Virus record (IMG/VR): IMGVR_UViG_3300020165_003419
Location: 34,300-98,299 of that record
Direction: 5' to 3' (one strand)
DNA: 64,000 nt
From: a virus
Under the pieces are notes generated by a model. That model saw nothing but the letters and a program-made list of their open reading frames with translations. It did not search any database and was not told the DNA's origin. This document shows positions 20,509 through 30,833 of the stretch, piece by piece. Both the position numbers and the translations under genes were made by a program. Position 1 is the first letter of the stretch. Each line of letters begins with the position of its first letter.

Positions 20509-21138
20509 TTATCGACCCTCCTTATATACATCATATATAGATAAGTCTTGGTATTCTCGCTCTAAATCATCGTTGTGATCTGCAATGCCGAGCATTAAAA
20601 CAAGACCTTTTGCAGCAATCTCCGGTAACATGTAATAATTCCAACCTAACATATCAAAGTGATCTACCATGTGATCTACCGGATTTCTACCAAAATAGCG
20701 AGCCCTCTTAAGCCACTCATACGCTTCTTTATCATCGGTTAGAATCATACCGCCCTTACCAAGCTTCAAGAACTTGTGGGGTCCACTAAACGAAATACAT
20801 TGCATTTGTCCCGGTCGGTACATATCCTTAGTAAATCTTAAGGCACTGTCCCAAACTGGCAATGGAGAAAGTTGGTATTCTCCTTTTAATTTATTTCCGG
20901 CGAGAGCTGGGTGTTCTTTATCAAACTTTACGTGATTACCAGACTGTATGATAGCGCAGGGTACCGACATAAAGGTTCTTGCAGGAATAGTTAATTCTTG
21001 TCCTTGGGTTTTCAGATACTTAAGACACAAGAACATACCATTAGTTGCGTTGTCCACTGCGACGGCATATTTGGCGCCGGTGTACTCGGCTACTGTTTCT
21101 TCAAACATGTGCGTAACTTCGTATGGGTTGTGTTTCAT
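20509..21138 (-). CDS. Short DegT/DnrJ/EryC1/StrS aminotransferase
   Basis: FEETVAEYTGAKYAVAVDNATNG, WDSA, SFSGPHK (PLP Lys), GKGGMIL; only 209 aa. Confidence 0.8.
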   Translation of the reverse strand: MKHNPYEVTHMFEETVAEYTGAKYAVAVDNATNGMFLCLKYLKTQGQELTIPARTFMSVPCAIIQSGNHVKFDKEHPALAGNKLKGEYQLSPLPVWDSALRFTKDMYRPGQMQCISFSGPHKFLKLGKGGMILTDDKEAYEWLKRARYFGRNPVDHMVDHFDMLGWNYYMLPEIAAKGLVLMLGIADHNDDLEREYQDLSIYDVYKEGR

Positions 21139-21797
21139 TTGATACCTCGTAACTTCTTGTATATCATTTCAGCAACCATAAAATCAAATTCTGTATCAAT
21201 ATCAATTGATTCAATTTCATCTAACACTTTAAAAGTGGGGTTATCTGTCACTACGTTTCTATATTTTATCATATCTTTTTTAGAGATTATGCAGATTCCA
21301 TAAGTTACTGCGTTAATATCTGGTAAATCTTGGCTGTTGGGCGACTCTGCAATGTCGTAGTTTAATGGTTTACCATCTAACCACATGTGATGTTTAATTT
21401 GAGACACTGTTACAAGATTTTCTAACTCATCATCTTGTTTAAATTTCTGAATACAGTCATGATATGTCTCTAACGATATCATTGGACACGTAACCGGGCT
21501 GTACATAAGATACTCTGCATCCATGCAGTGAGCTAGATTTTCAAAAAATTCAGAATTAGAAGCTTCGGAACTAGCGTGATACTGGTCACGAGTGTGAGTT
21601 TTTACTCCATGTTCTCTGGCAATAGAAAGCATTTTTTCACAATCGGAACTTACCACGATATCGTCTACAAGTTTGACTTGCTTAAGTTGATTAATTTTTA
21701 ATTCTAATAAGTTCGTATCTGCAAATGGCTTAAGGTTTTTGTTTTTAACTCTTACTGAGCCTTTACGCACTGGGATTACTGCTGTTATTTTTCTCAC
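21135..21797 (-). CDS. Acylneuraminate cytidylyltransferase family (NeuA/PseF-like)
   Basis: AVIPVRKGSVRVKNKN, VSSD, SIDIDTEFDF. Confidence 0.9.
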   Translation of the reverse strand: MRKITAVIPVRKGSVRVKNKNLKPFADTNLLELKINQLKQVKLVDDIVVSSDCEKMLSIAREHGVKTHTRDQYHASSEASNSEFFENLAHCMDAEYLMYSPVTCPMISLETYHDCIQKFKQDDELENLVTVSQIKHHMWLDGKPLNYDIAESPNSQDLPDINAVTYGICIISKKDMIKYRNVVTDNPTFKVLDEIESIDIDTEFDFMVAEMIYKKLRGIK

Positions 21798-22774
21798 TTA
21801 AGCCTCTCAAGGATCTCGCTCCAGTTGTTGGTGAATTCGATTGCTTTATCATCAATATAAAATTTTGCTCTTGGCTTCTCATGTGTGATTTCAGACACGT
21901 AATCGCGTACACCATGAAATTCCAGCCACTCATCAACCAGTTCATAGCCTGTTTTGCCGTTTACAAACGGTCTGTCCGGGCGTACCTTGGCGGAAAAAAT
22001 AATAATGTTCCAGTCATCCGCCAGAGATTTTATTGCTTCCAGGGCGCCTTCTATGGGCGCCCCATAACACGTGCCATCGTGCCAGCCTTTATCAAATGTA
22101 TGCACGACACCGTCAAAGTCAATAGCTAAGTTTGCCAATTGACTCTCTAGTCCGGGCGGAACCTCTTGATTGTGGGTCTCAACCTCTGACTCGATGCCAA
22201 GTTTTTCAAATCTTCTTTCTTGGGCCTTCTTAGAAATAGTAGGACACATAAACCCTGCATCATGGATTAACTGGTATGTCATCGTTAGCGACAAAATCTC
22301 TGAGGTATGATAATATTTGGCGTGCTGAATAACTTGGATGACCTTGGGGTTTATTCCCTTCTCTTTTGGCTGTGCTGCCCAAAGTGCGCTTGGGATTCCT
22401 TGGTCTGCTGCCCAATTCAGTGCGGTTGCAAGACAATCAGATGATGCTCCATTAGTTGAGCAGGATAACCCAATAGCCAAGCATTCACTTTTGTCGAGGT
22501 TTCTTGTTCTGATCTCCAACCAATTTTGAATCCAATCATTGAAGCTTGTATCTCCCTGAATCGAAGTAACAACTACTCCGCCGCCGGGAGCATATACGTT
22601 CTTATCTGTTAGTCGCGATGCATCAACTGCAGCGTGCTCAGCAATACTCATATTACCGCCGTGACCAAAAAAGAAAACGTGCTTGGCGTCATTGTAAAGT
22701 TCTTGTAGCTGTTGAAATTCATCTGTAGCTACAATCGCTCTGAATTTATTTTCCATTGATTCAATGTCTAACAT
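21794..22774 (-). CDS. SIS-domain sugar isomerase (GmhA-like) fused to HAD phosphatase
   Basis: FFFGHGGNMSIAEHAAVD (GmhA-like) then AIDFDGVVH...EKP..FYIDDKA (HAD). Confidence 0.7.
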   Translation of the reverse strand: MLDIESMENKFRAIVATDEFQQLQELYNDAKHVFFFGHGGNMSIAEHAAVDASRLTDKNVYAPGGGVVVTSIQGDTSFNDWIQNWLEIRTRNLDKSECLAIGLSCSTNGASSDCLATALNWAADQGIPSALWAAQPKEKGINPKVIQVIQHAKYYHTSEILSLTMTYQLIHDAGFMCPTISKKAQERRFEKLGIESEVETHNQEVPPGLESQLANLAIDFDGVVHTFDKGWHDGTCYGAPIEGALEAIKSLADDWNIIIFSAKVRPDRPFVNGKTGYELVDEWLEFHGVRDYVSEITHEKPRAKFYIDDKAIEFTNNWSEILERLK

Positions 22775-22782
22775 TTTTTAAT

Positions 22783-23502
22783 TTATCCTATATTATTTTG
22801 ATCTGCTGTCGGGAAGATATCTAATGACACTGGGTTTATTGAGTATATTTCAACGTCTGGGTAATTCTCTTCTATCCACCCTTTTACAATTCCCCAGTAT
22901 CTAGCTATCCAATAACCGGCTCCTTGATCTTTACCGATCATTATTTTTGCAAATGTGCCGTTATCATAATTACAATCATGCCCAACAAGGTATATTTTTT
23001 TTACACCGCAATATAGCATGAACTGTAGCACCTCAAAAGATATAGAAGCGACTGCCATAAGTGGTCCGATTGTTATATCTTTTTTAAACATACAGGTGTC
23101 AGGATTTCCATCGCTATCACATTCATAATATTTTGCATTTTTAATTCTACCGGGCATTTGACCAGATCGAGGTACAACTCCAATCTCTGGGATCTCTATA
23201 ACTCTGTTGTCTTCCCAAATTGGATGTCTAATAAATTTTTGTATATTCGGTTTATACTCGTTGTATTCTGCATATCTATAATAAAACTTTGCTGGAACCT
23301 GTGGCATTGCATCTCCCATAAACCAATAATCTAAATTTAAATCTAGAAATATTTGATCGTTTACACCATATCTTAACACGTCCGGGGGCAGCTGTCCACT
23401 ATTAAATTCAAGAATTGTTGGTCCTGAACCGAATAATACAGCGCTGGCGCCCTCGTGTTTATTGTGGTACTCGGCAAATGCGTTCCAGTTAAGCACACTC
23501 AT
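22783..23502 (-). CDS. Maf/MptE-like (DUF115-type) glycosyltransferase-associated protein
   Basis: KHEGASAVLFGSGPT, GVND, KKIYLVGHD. Confidence 0.65.
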   Translation of the reverse strand: MSVLNWNAFAEYHNKHEGASAVLFGSGPTILEFNSGQLPPDVLRYGVNDQIFLDLNLDYWFMGDAMPQVPAKFYYRYAEYNEYKPNIQKFIRHPIWEDNRVIEIPEIGVVPRSGQMPGRIKNAKYYECDSDGNPDTCMFKKDITIGPLMAVASISFEVLQFMLYCGVKKIYLVGHDCNYDNGTFAKIMIGKDQGAGYWIARYWGIVKGWIEENYPDVEIYSINPVSLDIFPTADQNNIG

Positions 23503-24095
23503 TTTAATTTTCCAATATAAACAGGAATATTTCTTTTGTCTCCACCAAGTAATTTATTATTTGTAAGCCTCTGCCTGTTTTCAAATGTTTTATCAAACCA
23601 GTTTTCAAGTGTGGGCTGAAACGCCGGATCTTCGACTTCGTTGCCATAATCTATAACAAAACAATTTTTTACTCTCAAGTTTTCAAAAATGTCTGTATAA
23701 TAATTTTGTGGAGTTTCTGATAGGCAGTGTGTTTCGATTATCATATCCCATTCTTCGTCAAAAACTTTTTTATATTCGCTAGATTTAAAAAATCTAACAT
23801 TATCGCCAACATTTTGTTTGATGAGATCGAAATGTGCCTCAAGATCTAATATTGCGTAATCCACATTTTTATTTAATTGTAAAATATTTTTTGCCAAAAA
23901 TCCATTACCGGCGCCAATTTCTAATATTTTACCACTAAAATCAGAATAATGTTCTGACCACAGGTTAACATATTCTTGGTCACCGGTGGAAGATATTTTT
24001 CCTACTGGTGAGCTTGAGTTAAACCATGTTGGTTTTACGTTGTTTTCTTTGCTATCATTTGGAACCATTCCAGGTGCTAATTTCCATTTTGACAT
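23499..24095 (-). CDS. Putative sugar O-methyltransferase
   Basis: ILEIGAGNGFLA SAM motif, YAILDL, HCLSE; start moved to MSKWK (GGAG upstream). Confidence 0.7.
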   Translation of the reverse strand: MSKWKLAPGMVPNDSKENNVKPTWFNSSSPVGKISSTGDQEYVNLWSEHYSDFSGKILEIGAGNGFLAKNILQLNKNVDYAILDLEAHFDLIKQNVGDNVRFFKSSEYKKVFDEEWDMIIETHCLSETPQNYYTDIFENLRVKNCFVIDYGNEVEDPAFQPTLENWFDKTFENRQRLTNNKLLGGDKRNIPVYIGKLK

Positions 24096-24099
24096 ACTC

Positions 24100-25050
24100 C
24101 TATCCCAATCCTCTTTTAATGTTGACGTATGGATTGACGAAATCGGCAACATTTAGTGCCTTGATTATCTCATCAATTCCCTCTTCAATCGTAACCTCTG
24201 TTTTAAAGCCAAGAGCTTTTATCTTATCATAACTTACGATGTAATTTCTCTTATCTGCGTCTTCACCAATTTCTTCGAAGTGAATGAATCCATTAGTTTT
24301 ATCGGCTACCATGCGGCAGACATCTTCTTTACTGTAGTTCATTGAGTCATCACCAATATTATATACATTGTTGACCATCTTATCAACGTTGTTGACCGCT
24401 AGCATAAAAGCGTTGGCCATGTCTGAAACATGGATAAACGTTCTCATAAAGTGTTTCTCGTAAACAACCAAATACCCATCACGCAAACACTTGTTGGTGA
24501 AGTCATTAATGAGCAAGTCAAGTCGAAGACGAGGAGAAACACCGAATGCGGTAGCAAATCGATACGCGATAACATTACCGCGCGCCATTAGCATGTGCTC
24601 TGCTTCTGTTTTTGTTTCTCCATATAGGCTCAACGGATTAAGAGGCGATTCTTCCGTACAAATATCCGTTACCTTGCCATAGTTGCTTCCAGTCGAACCA
24701 TATAAGATTATCTGTTCTGGGCTGGTAGCGTCAATTATATTCTGGGTTCCGCCGACGTTAACGTTAGTTGCTAACTCAGGGTTGTTTTTACAGGCAGGGA
24801 ACCCAACAATTGCCGCTAAATGAATAATGATATCCTTATCTTTTACTGCAGCTTCTACGTCCTTCTTGATTGTAACATCTCCGTTAATGAAATGAAAATT
24901 CTTATTCCTGAAAAACGAGAGAAGTTGATTACCTCCTTGCATCAGATTATCAAACACTGTCACCTCATGCCCAGCTTCGATAAGCTTGGGTAACAGTGCG
25001 GTACCTACATACCCGGCGCCCCCGGTGACTAAAATTCTTTTCTTTACCAT
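24100..25050 (-). CDS. NAD-dependent epimerase/dehydratase
   Basis: TGGAGYVG, HLAAIVG, YGETK (YxxxK). Confidence 0.9.
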   Translation of the reverse strand: MVKKRILVTGGAGYVGTALLPKLIEAGHEVTVFDNLMQGGNQLLSFFRNKNFHFINGDVTIKKDVEAAVKDKDIIIHLAAIVGFPACKNNPELATNVNVGGTQNIIDATSPEQIILYGSTGSNYGKVTDICTEESPLNPLSLYGETKTEAEHMLMARGNVIAYRFATAFGVSPRLRLDLLINDFTNKCLRDGYLVVYEKHFMRTFIHVSDMANAFMLAVNNVDKMVNNVYNIGDDSMNYSKEDVCRMVADKTNGFIHFEEIGEDADKRNYIVSYDKIKALGFKTEVTIEEGIDEIIKALNVADFVNPYVNIKRGLG

Positions 25051-25331
25051 ATTGATAACCTTCCTAATAAAATATCTTTAAACATAATCCAATCAGCTAT
25101 TTTTGCTTTTACTGGATCATTGAATGCTGCTGGTTTGTTTTTTTCGAAAACATAATGTCCTGTCCAAGCAAATGGATATACGACGAATGGCGCGAACAGC
25201 AAACCGAACCATGCGTTATTAACTATTATAACACCTACATACAAAATTGTAAGCCATAAACCAATAAAATGCAATAATCTGCATTTTGGGTGGGTGTGTA
25301 ATTTTAAATAATTTTGATAATACTCATGCAT
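25044..25331 (-). CDS. DUF962/Mpo1-like membrane protein
   Basis: YLKLHTHPKCRLLHFIG...FAWTGHYVFEKNKPA. Confidence 0.8.
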   Translation of the reverse strand: MHEYYQNYLKLHTHPKCRLLHFIGLWLTILYVGVIIVNNAWFGLLFAPFVVYPFAWTGHYVFEKNKPAAFNDPVKAKIADWIMFKDILLGRLSIW

Positions 25332-26043
25332 TTTCTTTTATAAACCTCTGGAATCTTTCTATTATCTCATCTTTGCTATACAGATAGGGACCTGTTCTTC
25401 CCCAATGAATCGAATGAGCAGTTAACATATTCTCATGTACAACTTTTTCGGGGTCTGTGCATAAATAGTCTGACTTGAATAACTTAAGTATATCATGAAA
25501 AAGTATCGGCTCTGTAGCTATGTTTAACGTTTTAAGTTTCGCGTTTTGCATTATTATTATGTCTTGCCACAGTAAGTCTAAGCAGTAATATTGAAAAGTT
25601 GAATCTTGGTGTGGTAAATAACTCTCTTCTTTGTTTAACAGATCGTAGATTGCATTCTTTCTCAATCCATCTCCAAACAAAGACGGCAACCGCACAACAG
25701 AGACATCATCAAAATGATTTTTTAAATATGTCTCCAGATAAAGACGATTTTGACCATATGCGTTATCAGCAGGGTTATCGTAAACAGCGATTGTAGAGAT
25801 AAGAATTAATTTTTTAAATTTTGTTTTTTCTAAATTTTTAATCAATCTTTGAATTTGTGCAAAGTCTTCTTTTGGCTGCTTATTCGCTTTCCATTTTACG
25901 CTACTTACGCCAGCACACACTATCAACTCAAATTGTTGACCAGAAATCTCTTCAATGTTTTTAGAATTATAGTATCTGTCAAATTGCGTTTGTTCTGATA
26001 AATTTGAACCAACAAACCCAGTGTGCCCGATAAGTGCTTTCAT
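25324..26043 (-). CDS. NAD(P)-dependent sugar epimerase/reductase
   Basis: ALIGHTGFVGSNL, ISTIAVY, YGQNRLYLE. Confidence 0.8.
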   Translation of the reverse strand: MKALIGHTGFVGSNLSEQTQFDRYYNSKNIEEISGQQFELIVCAGVSSVKWKANKQPKEDFAQIQRLIKNLEKTKFKKLILISTIAVYDNPADNAYGQNRLYLETYLKNHFDDVSVVRLPSLFGDGLRKNAIYDLLNKEESYLPHQDSTFQYYCLDLLWQDIIIMQNAKLKTLNIATEPILFHDILKLFKSDYLCTDPEKVVHENMLTAHSIHWGRTGPYLYSKDEIIERFQRFIKENA

Positions 26044-27179
26044 TGATTGTCGTATTCTTTAATGTTTGTAATAATTCTGGTGACGTCGTCTTCAGTCAGA
26101 TCTGAATGTAAAGGGATGAGGATGACATCTTCGTCGGCTCGCTTAAGGTTTGGCAAGTCACAAAGCCCGCCGAACATCTCATATATATCATTTCTTCGAT
26201 TATTAACGTTAACTTGAATATTCCTATCCCACATGTAGTGAGCGAACTCTTCGCGGTCTTCGACATGGATAGGAAAAATCTGATAGTTGGGTGTCCAGTG
26301 ATCTTGGTAGTTTAAAAGCGTAACCTTTGTTAAACCTTGCAGCTCTCTTCGGTATCTTTCTCCAATCTGCTTACGATGTTCCAAGACTCTGTCTAAATGA
26401 TCCATTGCTACACTGGCGAGTGTTGCAGTGATGTCATTCATGTTTGATTTAAATCCAAGCCCATCGGGTGGGACAGGGAGAGGATCCAAAATGCTGGTCT
26501 TCTTGACCTCTCGATCAATCCCATACCAAGACTGCTTGCGAATCTTCTTATATAAAGCTTCATCAGTGGTGGTTATGACTCCGCCATCTCCACAGGTTAC
26601 AATCTTAACGCACTGGAACGAGAATGTTGCCACATCTCCGAAAGATCCAATAGGTTGTCCCTTGTATTCGCATGCCATTGCGTGCGCGCTATCTTCGATA
26701 ATTGGAAGACCATGACGGTCTGCTACTTCACGTAGCTCGTCCATATCAACAGGATTGCCCGCATAGTGAACGCACATGATCGCTTTTGTTTTATTTGTAA
26801 TCTTCTCTTCGACGCTCTTTGGATCAATATTGAGTGTATCATATTGAATATCCGCGAACACGGGTGTGGCGCCAATCTCAAGAATTGAAGTATTAGTCGC
26901 AATAAAGGTGAATGGTGTACTGACTACTTCGTCGCCGGGGCCGACATCAAGAGCTTTGAGCGCAATTTTAAGAGCGGCGGTTCCGCTCATGCAAGCTGCA
27001 GCATATGGAGCTTTAAACCTTGCTCGAACTTTTGCTCTAAATTCTGCTTCTTTCTTACCGGTATTAAGCCACTTTGACTTAAGTGTCTTAGCTACTTCTT
27101 CACCAGCTTCGTCTGGAACGTACACACTCCAGCACCTGATGATGGACTCTTCCATTTTAAAATCATTGTCAGTTGTCAT
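26040..27179 (-). CDS. DegT/DnrJ/EryC1/StrS aminotransferase (full length)
   Basis: SGTAAL, GPGDEV, VHYAG, IEDSAHA, FSFQCVK, GDGG. Confidence 0.9.
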   Translation of the reverse strand: MTTDNDFKMEESIIRCWSVYVPDEAGEEVAKTLKSKWLNTGKKEAEFRAKVRARFKAPYAAACMSGTAALKIALKALDVGPGDEVVSTPFTFIATNTSILEIGATPVFADIQYDTLNIDPKSVEEKITNKTKAIMCVHYAGNPVDMDELREVADRHGLPIIEDSAHAMACEYKGQPIGSFGDVATFSFQCVKIVTCGDGGVITTTDEALYKKIRKQSWYGIDREVKKTSILDPLPVPPDGLGFKSNMNDITATLASVAMDHLDRVLEHRKQIGERYRRELQGLTKVTLLNYQDHWTPNYQIFPIHVEDREEFAHYMWDRNIQVNVNNRRNDIYEMFGGLCDLPNLKRADEDVILIPLHSDLTEDDVTRIITNIKEYDNQ

Positions 27180-28045
27180 TTACTATTCTCCTTTACTTTT
27201 GTTGCTGTGACGTAATAAACTGAATTGGGTATCTTGCCACTACTGAATGTCAAATCTTCACTTTCAATCGCCCTAATTATTGCATCTCTTTCAAGATATA
27301 TGACGGCGCGGATCTCATCAACCTCATCTCCGAAGAGTCCGCTGGCTTCAAAAGGCATTATAACATGGTCGTCTTCTTTTTCAAAACCAAAATCTTTAAG
27401 CATACAGTCAATAGTGTCTGGGTGATACATTCTCTGTCGATTAAATTGTATCTCTGTTTTTGCTCCGAATGGAACTGATAAGATAAGCTTTCCTCCAGGC
27501 TTTAAAACTCTATGGAACTCTTTTAAACCTTTTTGATCGCCGTAATAATCTAACTCGTCTCCATAACGACCAAGCCCAAAATGTTCTAAAGCGTGTAGAC
27601 ATGTTACTATATCATAACTATTGGCTTTAAACGGCAGCAATTGAGCTTCACTAAGTTTCAACTCAAAAGATGGTATAGTAGCTGCACACCATTCGCCGTT
27701 TGGTTTTAATTCTTTAAATAAACAATTTACTCTAGGCTCCACATATGTAACCTCGCAGGTATGGCTAAAGAACAAAGCCGTTTCAAGTCGGCTGGAAATA
27801 TCAAGCAGTTTAGGCGGAGTTGGTACACCCAATGAGTATTCAAGAACCGCTCTTGTTGCTTGGTAATCTTGATACATATAAACGCTGTCAACGTTCAAAG
27901 TCCCAGCGCAGTCTTTAAAATAACTTCTTTCAATCTCATCTTCATCTTGTTGGAAATAATCAACAAATTTAGAGCTTTCATCTTTTTTCTGTCTAAGCAG
28001 AGCTTTAAGCTCCTCTTTTTCATCTTCGGCTGTCTTTACTGTCAT
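27176..28045 (-). CDS. SAM-dependent methyltransferase (DUF268-like)
   Basis: CLHALEHFGLGRYGD, RVLKPGGKLILSVP. Confidence 0.75.
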   Translation of the reverse strand: MTVKTAEDEKEELKALLRQKKDESSKFVDYFQQDEDEIERSYFKDCAGTLNVDSVYMYQDYQATRAVLEYSLGVPTPPKLLDISSRLETALFFSHTCEVTYVEPRVNCLFKELKPNGEWCAATIPSFELKLSEAQLLPFKANSYDIVTCLHALEHFGLGRYGDELDYYGDQKGLKEFHRVLKPGGKLILSVPFGAKTEIQFNRQRMYHPDTIDCMLKDFGFEKEDDHVIMPFEASGLFGDEVDEIRAVIYLERDAIIRAIESEDLTFSSGKIPNSVYYVTATKVKENSK

Positions 28046-28968
28046 TACACCAGCCCCCTATAATATTGTACTGTTTGGCTAACACCTTCTTGGTGATCAT
28101 AAAAAACGTAATCTTTGAACAAATCTTCAAATTTGCCCATTCCTAAAATCTTAATTGGAGCGCCATCTTGGAAATCTGTATTGAATGTGAGCTTGCCTTG
28201 ATAGCCGGTGGCTTTTGCTATGTTTTGTGCTGTTTCAGCAATTGCAAAGCCCTGCCCTTGAGCTACGTTTACTGGTTCAATAACTTTTTCAAGCTGCAGT
28301 GACTGCAGTAAAATCTTACACACATCGTCTATGTAGATCCATTCTCTGACTGGCTTACCTGTTCCCCAGATCTCAAACTCTGTGTCATTGTTCTCGATAG
28401 ATTCTAACATTCTAATGATCATACCGTTTAGGGCATGCACCTTATTGGGGTCAGTACTGTCGCCTGGACCATAAATACCCGAAAACATGAGATTAATACT
28501 ATTGATATTATACTGCATTTCATAACACCGAGAGATGTAATACAAAACTCTCTTGAAGTTACCGAACGAAAATACCGAGGGATGAACTGTTCCGTCAAGC
28601 CACTTTTCTTCTTCTTGGATCTGCGGGCCGTCAACATAACAACAATTAGAGAGCAGATTTACAATCGGTGTCGTTGGGCAGTTCTCTAATACAGCTTTAT
28701 ATAAGTTTAGGGCGATATAAGTATTATCTGATATTACATCTCCCGCGAATGCCGTTACATAATGAACACTGCCGACATTTGCTGCACAATTAAAAATAGC
28801 ATCAATTCCGCGGTGTCGAAACTCCAGCAGCTTCTTGCTTAATTGTGTGTAATCTCTTAAATCGCACTGTGCTCTGGATAGTCCAATTACTTCGTGACCT
28901 TCATCGGTCAAATATTTTGTTAGGTTTTTACCGACAAAACCAGTGTGCCCTAATACGATGTATCTCAT
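28045..28968 (-). CDS. fcl: GDP-L-fucose synthase-like epimerase/reductase
   Basis: LGHTGFVG, CAANVG, IYGPGD, WGTGKPVREWIY, DGAP. Confidence 0.75.
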   Translation of the reverse strand: MRYIVLGHTGFVGKNLTKYLTDEGHEVIGLSRAQCDLRDYTQLSKKLLEFRHRGIDAIFNCAANVGSVHYVTAFAGDVISDNTYIALNLYKAVLENCPTTPIVNLLSNCCYVDGPQIQEEEKWLDGTVHPSVFSFGNFKRVLYYISRCYEMQYNINSINLMFSGIYGPGDSTDPNKVHALNGMIIRMLESIENNDTEFEIWGTGKPVREWIYIDDVCKILLQSLQLEKVIEPVNVAQGQGFAIAETAQNIAKATGYQGKLTFNTDFQDGAPIKILGMGKFEDLFKDYVFYDHQEGVSQTVQYYRGLV

Positions 28969-29768
28969 TTTGTTCTCTCCCAAATATATTTTATGTCTTC
29001 TTCATTAAAAAATCTAGCTGAAGACTGTTGTGCTATCACCAAGCCATCGGCTGTTTTTGTTGATTTCCTTTCTTTTATGGACTGTTCAAGTTCGGATATA
29101 ATCTCTTTTGATATATGTGGTGTTAATTTAACAATATTGTTTTGTCCTTTTGTATAAAGCTCCAGATATGAATATAAATGTGGCTCGTTGGGATAGCTGT
29201 AGTTGTAATTTAATATAGTTGCGCCATCAAATCGTGCGCGATTATCATTCACAAGTTCAAAATCCCATGATGTCATATTGGGTCGTAGATATTTCAAAAA
29301 ATATTCTTTAGACCATATTGCTGGATGCAACGACATTCGGTACTCGATATGTTGAGCAAACTCAAGCAAGTTTTTGTTATCTTCAAAAGTTTTTGTGGCA
29401 CTTAAAGAAATACCGCCGCCAAGCATTGCTTTTTGTGCTTTCTTATTTATGAGTTGTTCTTCTAATTCAGCTATCTTATTGAGCGGCACTTGATTCATTA
29501 AGATGTGATCATCAAATATTAGAGCGAAGTATTCTTCTTTAACTTCTTTAAAGAATGGGATAAGGGCATTTGTCCACGTTTTGCCATAATCTTCTTGTGT
29601 ACCCACACAAGCAACATTTACGTTATCTGGCAACTCTTTTAATTCTAACACATCTTCATAGCCGACGATCGTTATGTCTTGATTCGGCCAATACTTGTTG
29701 AGAAAATGCACATTAATTGGGCATAAGCTTTTCGTATACTTGTTCGAAGTTGAGAGATAAATTTTCAT
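28965..29768 (-). CDS. Hypothetical glycosyltransferase-like protein
   Basis: EEYFALIFDDH and W.FE motifs, inside the glycan cluster. Confidence 0.5.
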   Translation of the reverse strand: MKIYLSTSNKYTKSLCPINVHFLNKYWPNQDITIVGYEDVLELKELPDNVNVACVGTQEDYGKTWTNALIPFFKEVKEEYFALIFDDHILMNQVPLNKIAELEEQLINKKAQKAMLGGGISLSATKTFEDNKNLLEFAQHIEYRMSLHPAIWSKEYFLKYLRPNMTSWDFELVNDNRARFDGATILNYNYSYPNEPHLYSYLELYTKGQNNIVKLTPHISKEIISELEQSIKERKSTKTADGLVIAQQSSARFFNEEDIKYIWERTK

Positions 29769-30466
29769 CAGTTGCACTCCTTACAAGGCTTTCCAAGATT
29801 AAAGCCGGTCTCTTCCCAGCCTTTGTGACAGTTGTGTCGAACACCTCTGGTAAAAGGATCCATATTGCTACCTATATCAATAAATGTTATGTCTGGAAAT
29901 TCTTGGAACCAGTCCCTAACCAGCACACGCGCAGTTGGACCTAAAGAGATAGCTACCACGTCTCCAGATTGAAAGAGCGGTGGTACTTTTTTCTTTATCC
30001 CCTCGTATAGATCCCAACTATTTCTCCTAGGAAGTTTAACGGAGTTTACAATGTTTAATCCCATCTCTTTTAACGGCTCAGTGTTTTGATCATTACCACC
30101 AATCCAAATTAAACGGCGGTCTCCCATTACTTCTGGAAATGTTTCAATGAAGTGTTTCCAATTCTTGTTCGTTGTAACAACCGCCTTGGTTAAAAATTCG
30201 TAATCTTCGCCGGCAATATTTTTTGCTAGACCCGACCACAAAGGGTAGCATAAAGAACAGGGAACACCAATGTAATAATTTTCTTGTTTGTGTTCTAAAG
30301 AAGATCTCAATGCGGTTCTCAAGCTTTCGTCAACATACTGGTCACCTCTTGCAACAGTTGTGTGCGCTTGAGAGATGCCCATCATTTCGCCGTCGTTAAA
30401 TCTAGCAAAACCAAATGGTATTTTATTTTTAAGATTATGATTGAACCAATCCATGTCTTCGATCAT
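29768..30466 (-). CDS. GT-D fold (DUF1792-like) glycosyltransferase
   Basis: FARFNDGE, ISLGPTARVL, IDIGS; start moved to MIEDM. Confidence 0.75.
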   Translation of the reverse strand: MIEDMDWFNHNLKNKIPFGFARFNDGEMMGISQAHTTVARGDQYVDESLRTALRSSLEHKQENYYIGVPCSLCYPLWSGLAKNIAGEDYEFLTKAVVTTNKNWKHFIETFPEVMGDRRLIWIGGNDQNTEPLKEMGLNIVNSVKLPRRNSWDLYEGIKKKVPPLFQSGDVVAISLGPTARVLVRDWFQEFPDITFIDIGSNMDPFTRGVRHNCHKGWEETGFNLGKPCKECN

Positions 30467-30467
30467 T

Positions 30468-30833
30468 TTAATCTCCCTTTTGTATTCTATGTGAATCTGA
30501 ATCAAAATGCTGTGTCGAAAATTCAAACAACTCAGTATCCTCCAAAGCAATCATCTGATGTCTTAGACCGGTCCAAACATGAAAGTTGTCGCCGGGACCA
30601 AGTATGACTTCATTAGCTTCAGAAATATCATCTCCAGGAGAATATTTTACCAATATTTTGCCGGATTGTATATAAAAAACCTCATCTTTTAGTTCATGGT
30701 AATGCCAAGAGCAGCGTTTTCCTTTAACAAAATAAAGAAGTTTGCCGCAATATTGCTCACAGTTTACAATCCATTTTTCAAAACCCCAACCTTTGGGGAC
30801 AAATTTAATCTCTTGTGTTGAAGAAGTCTTCAT
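30468..30833 (-). CDS. Cupin-domain sugar isomerase
   Basis: VPKGWGFE, SWHYHELKDEVFYI, RHQM. Confidence 0.85.
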   Translation of the reverse strand: MKTSSTQEIKFVPKGWGFEKWIVNCEQYCGKLLYFVKGKRCSWHYHELKDEVFYIQSGKILVKYSPGDDISEANEVILGPGDNFHVWTGLRHQMIALEDTELFEFSTQHFDSDSHRIQKGD

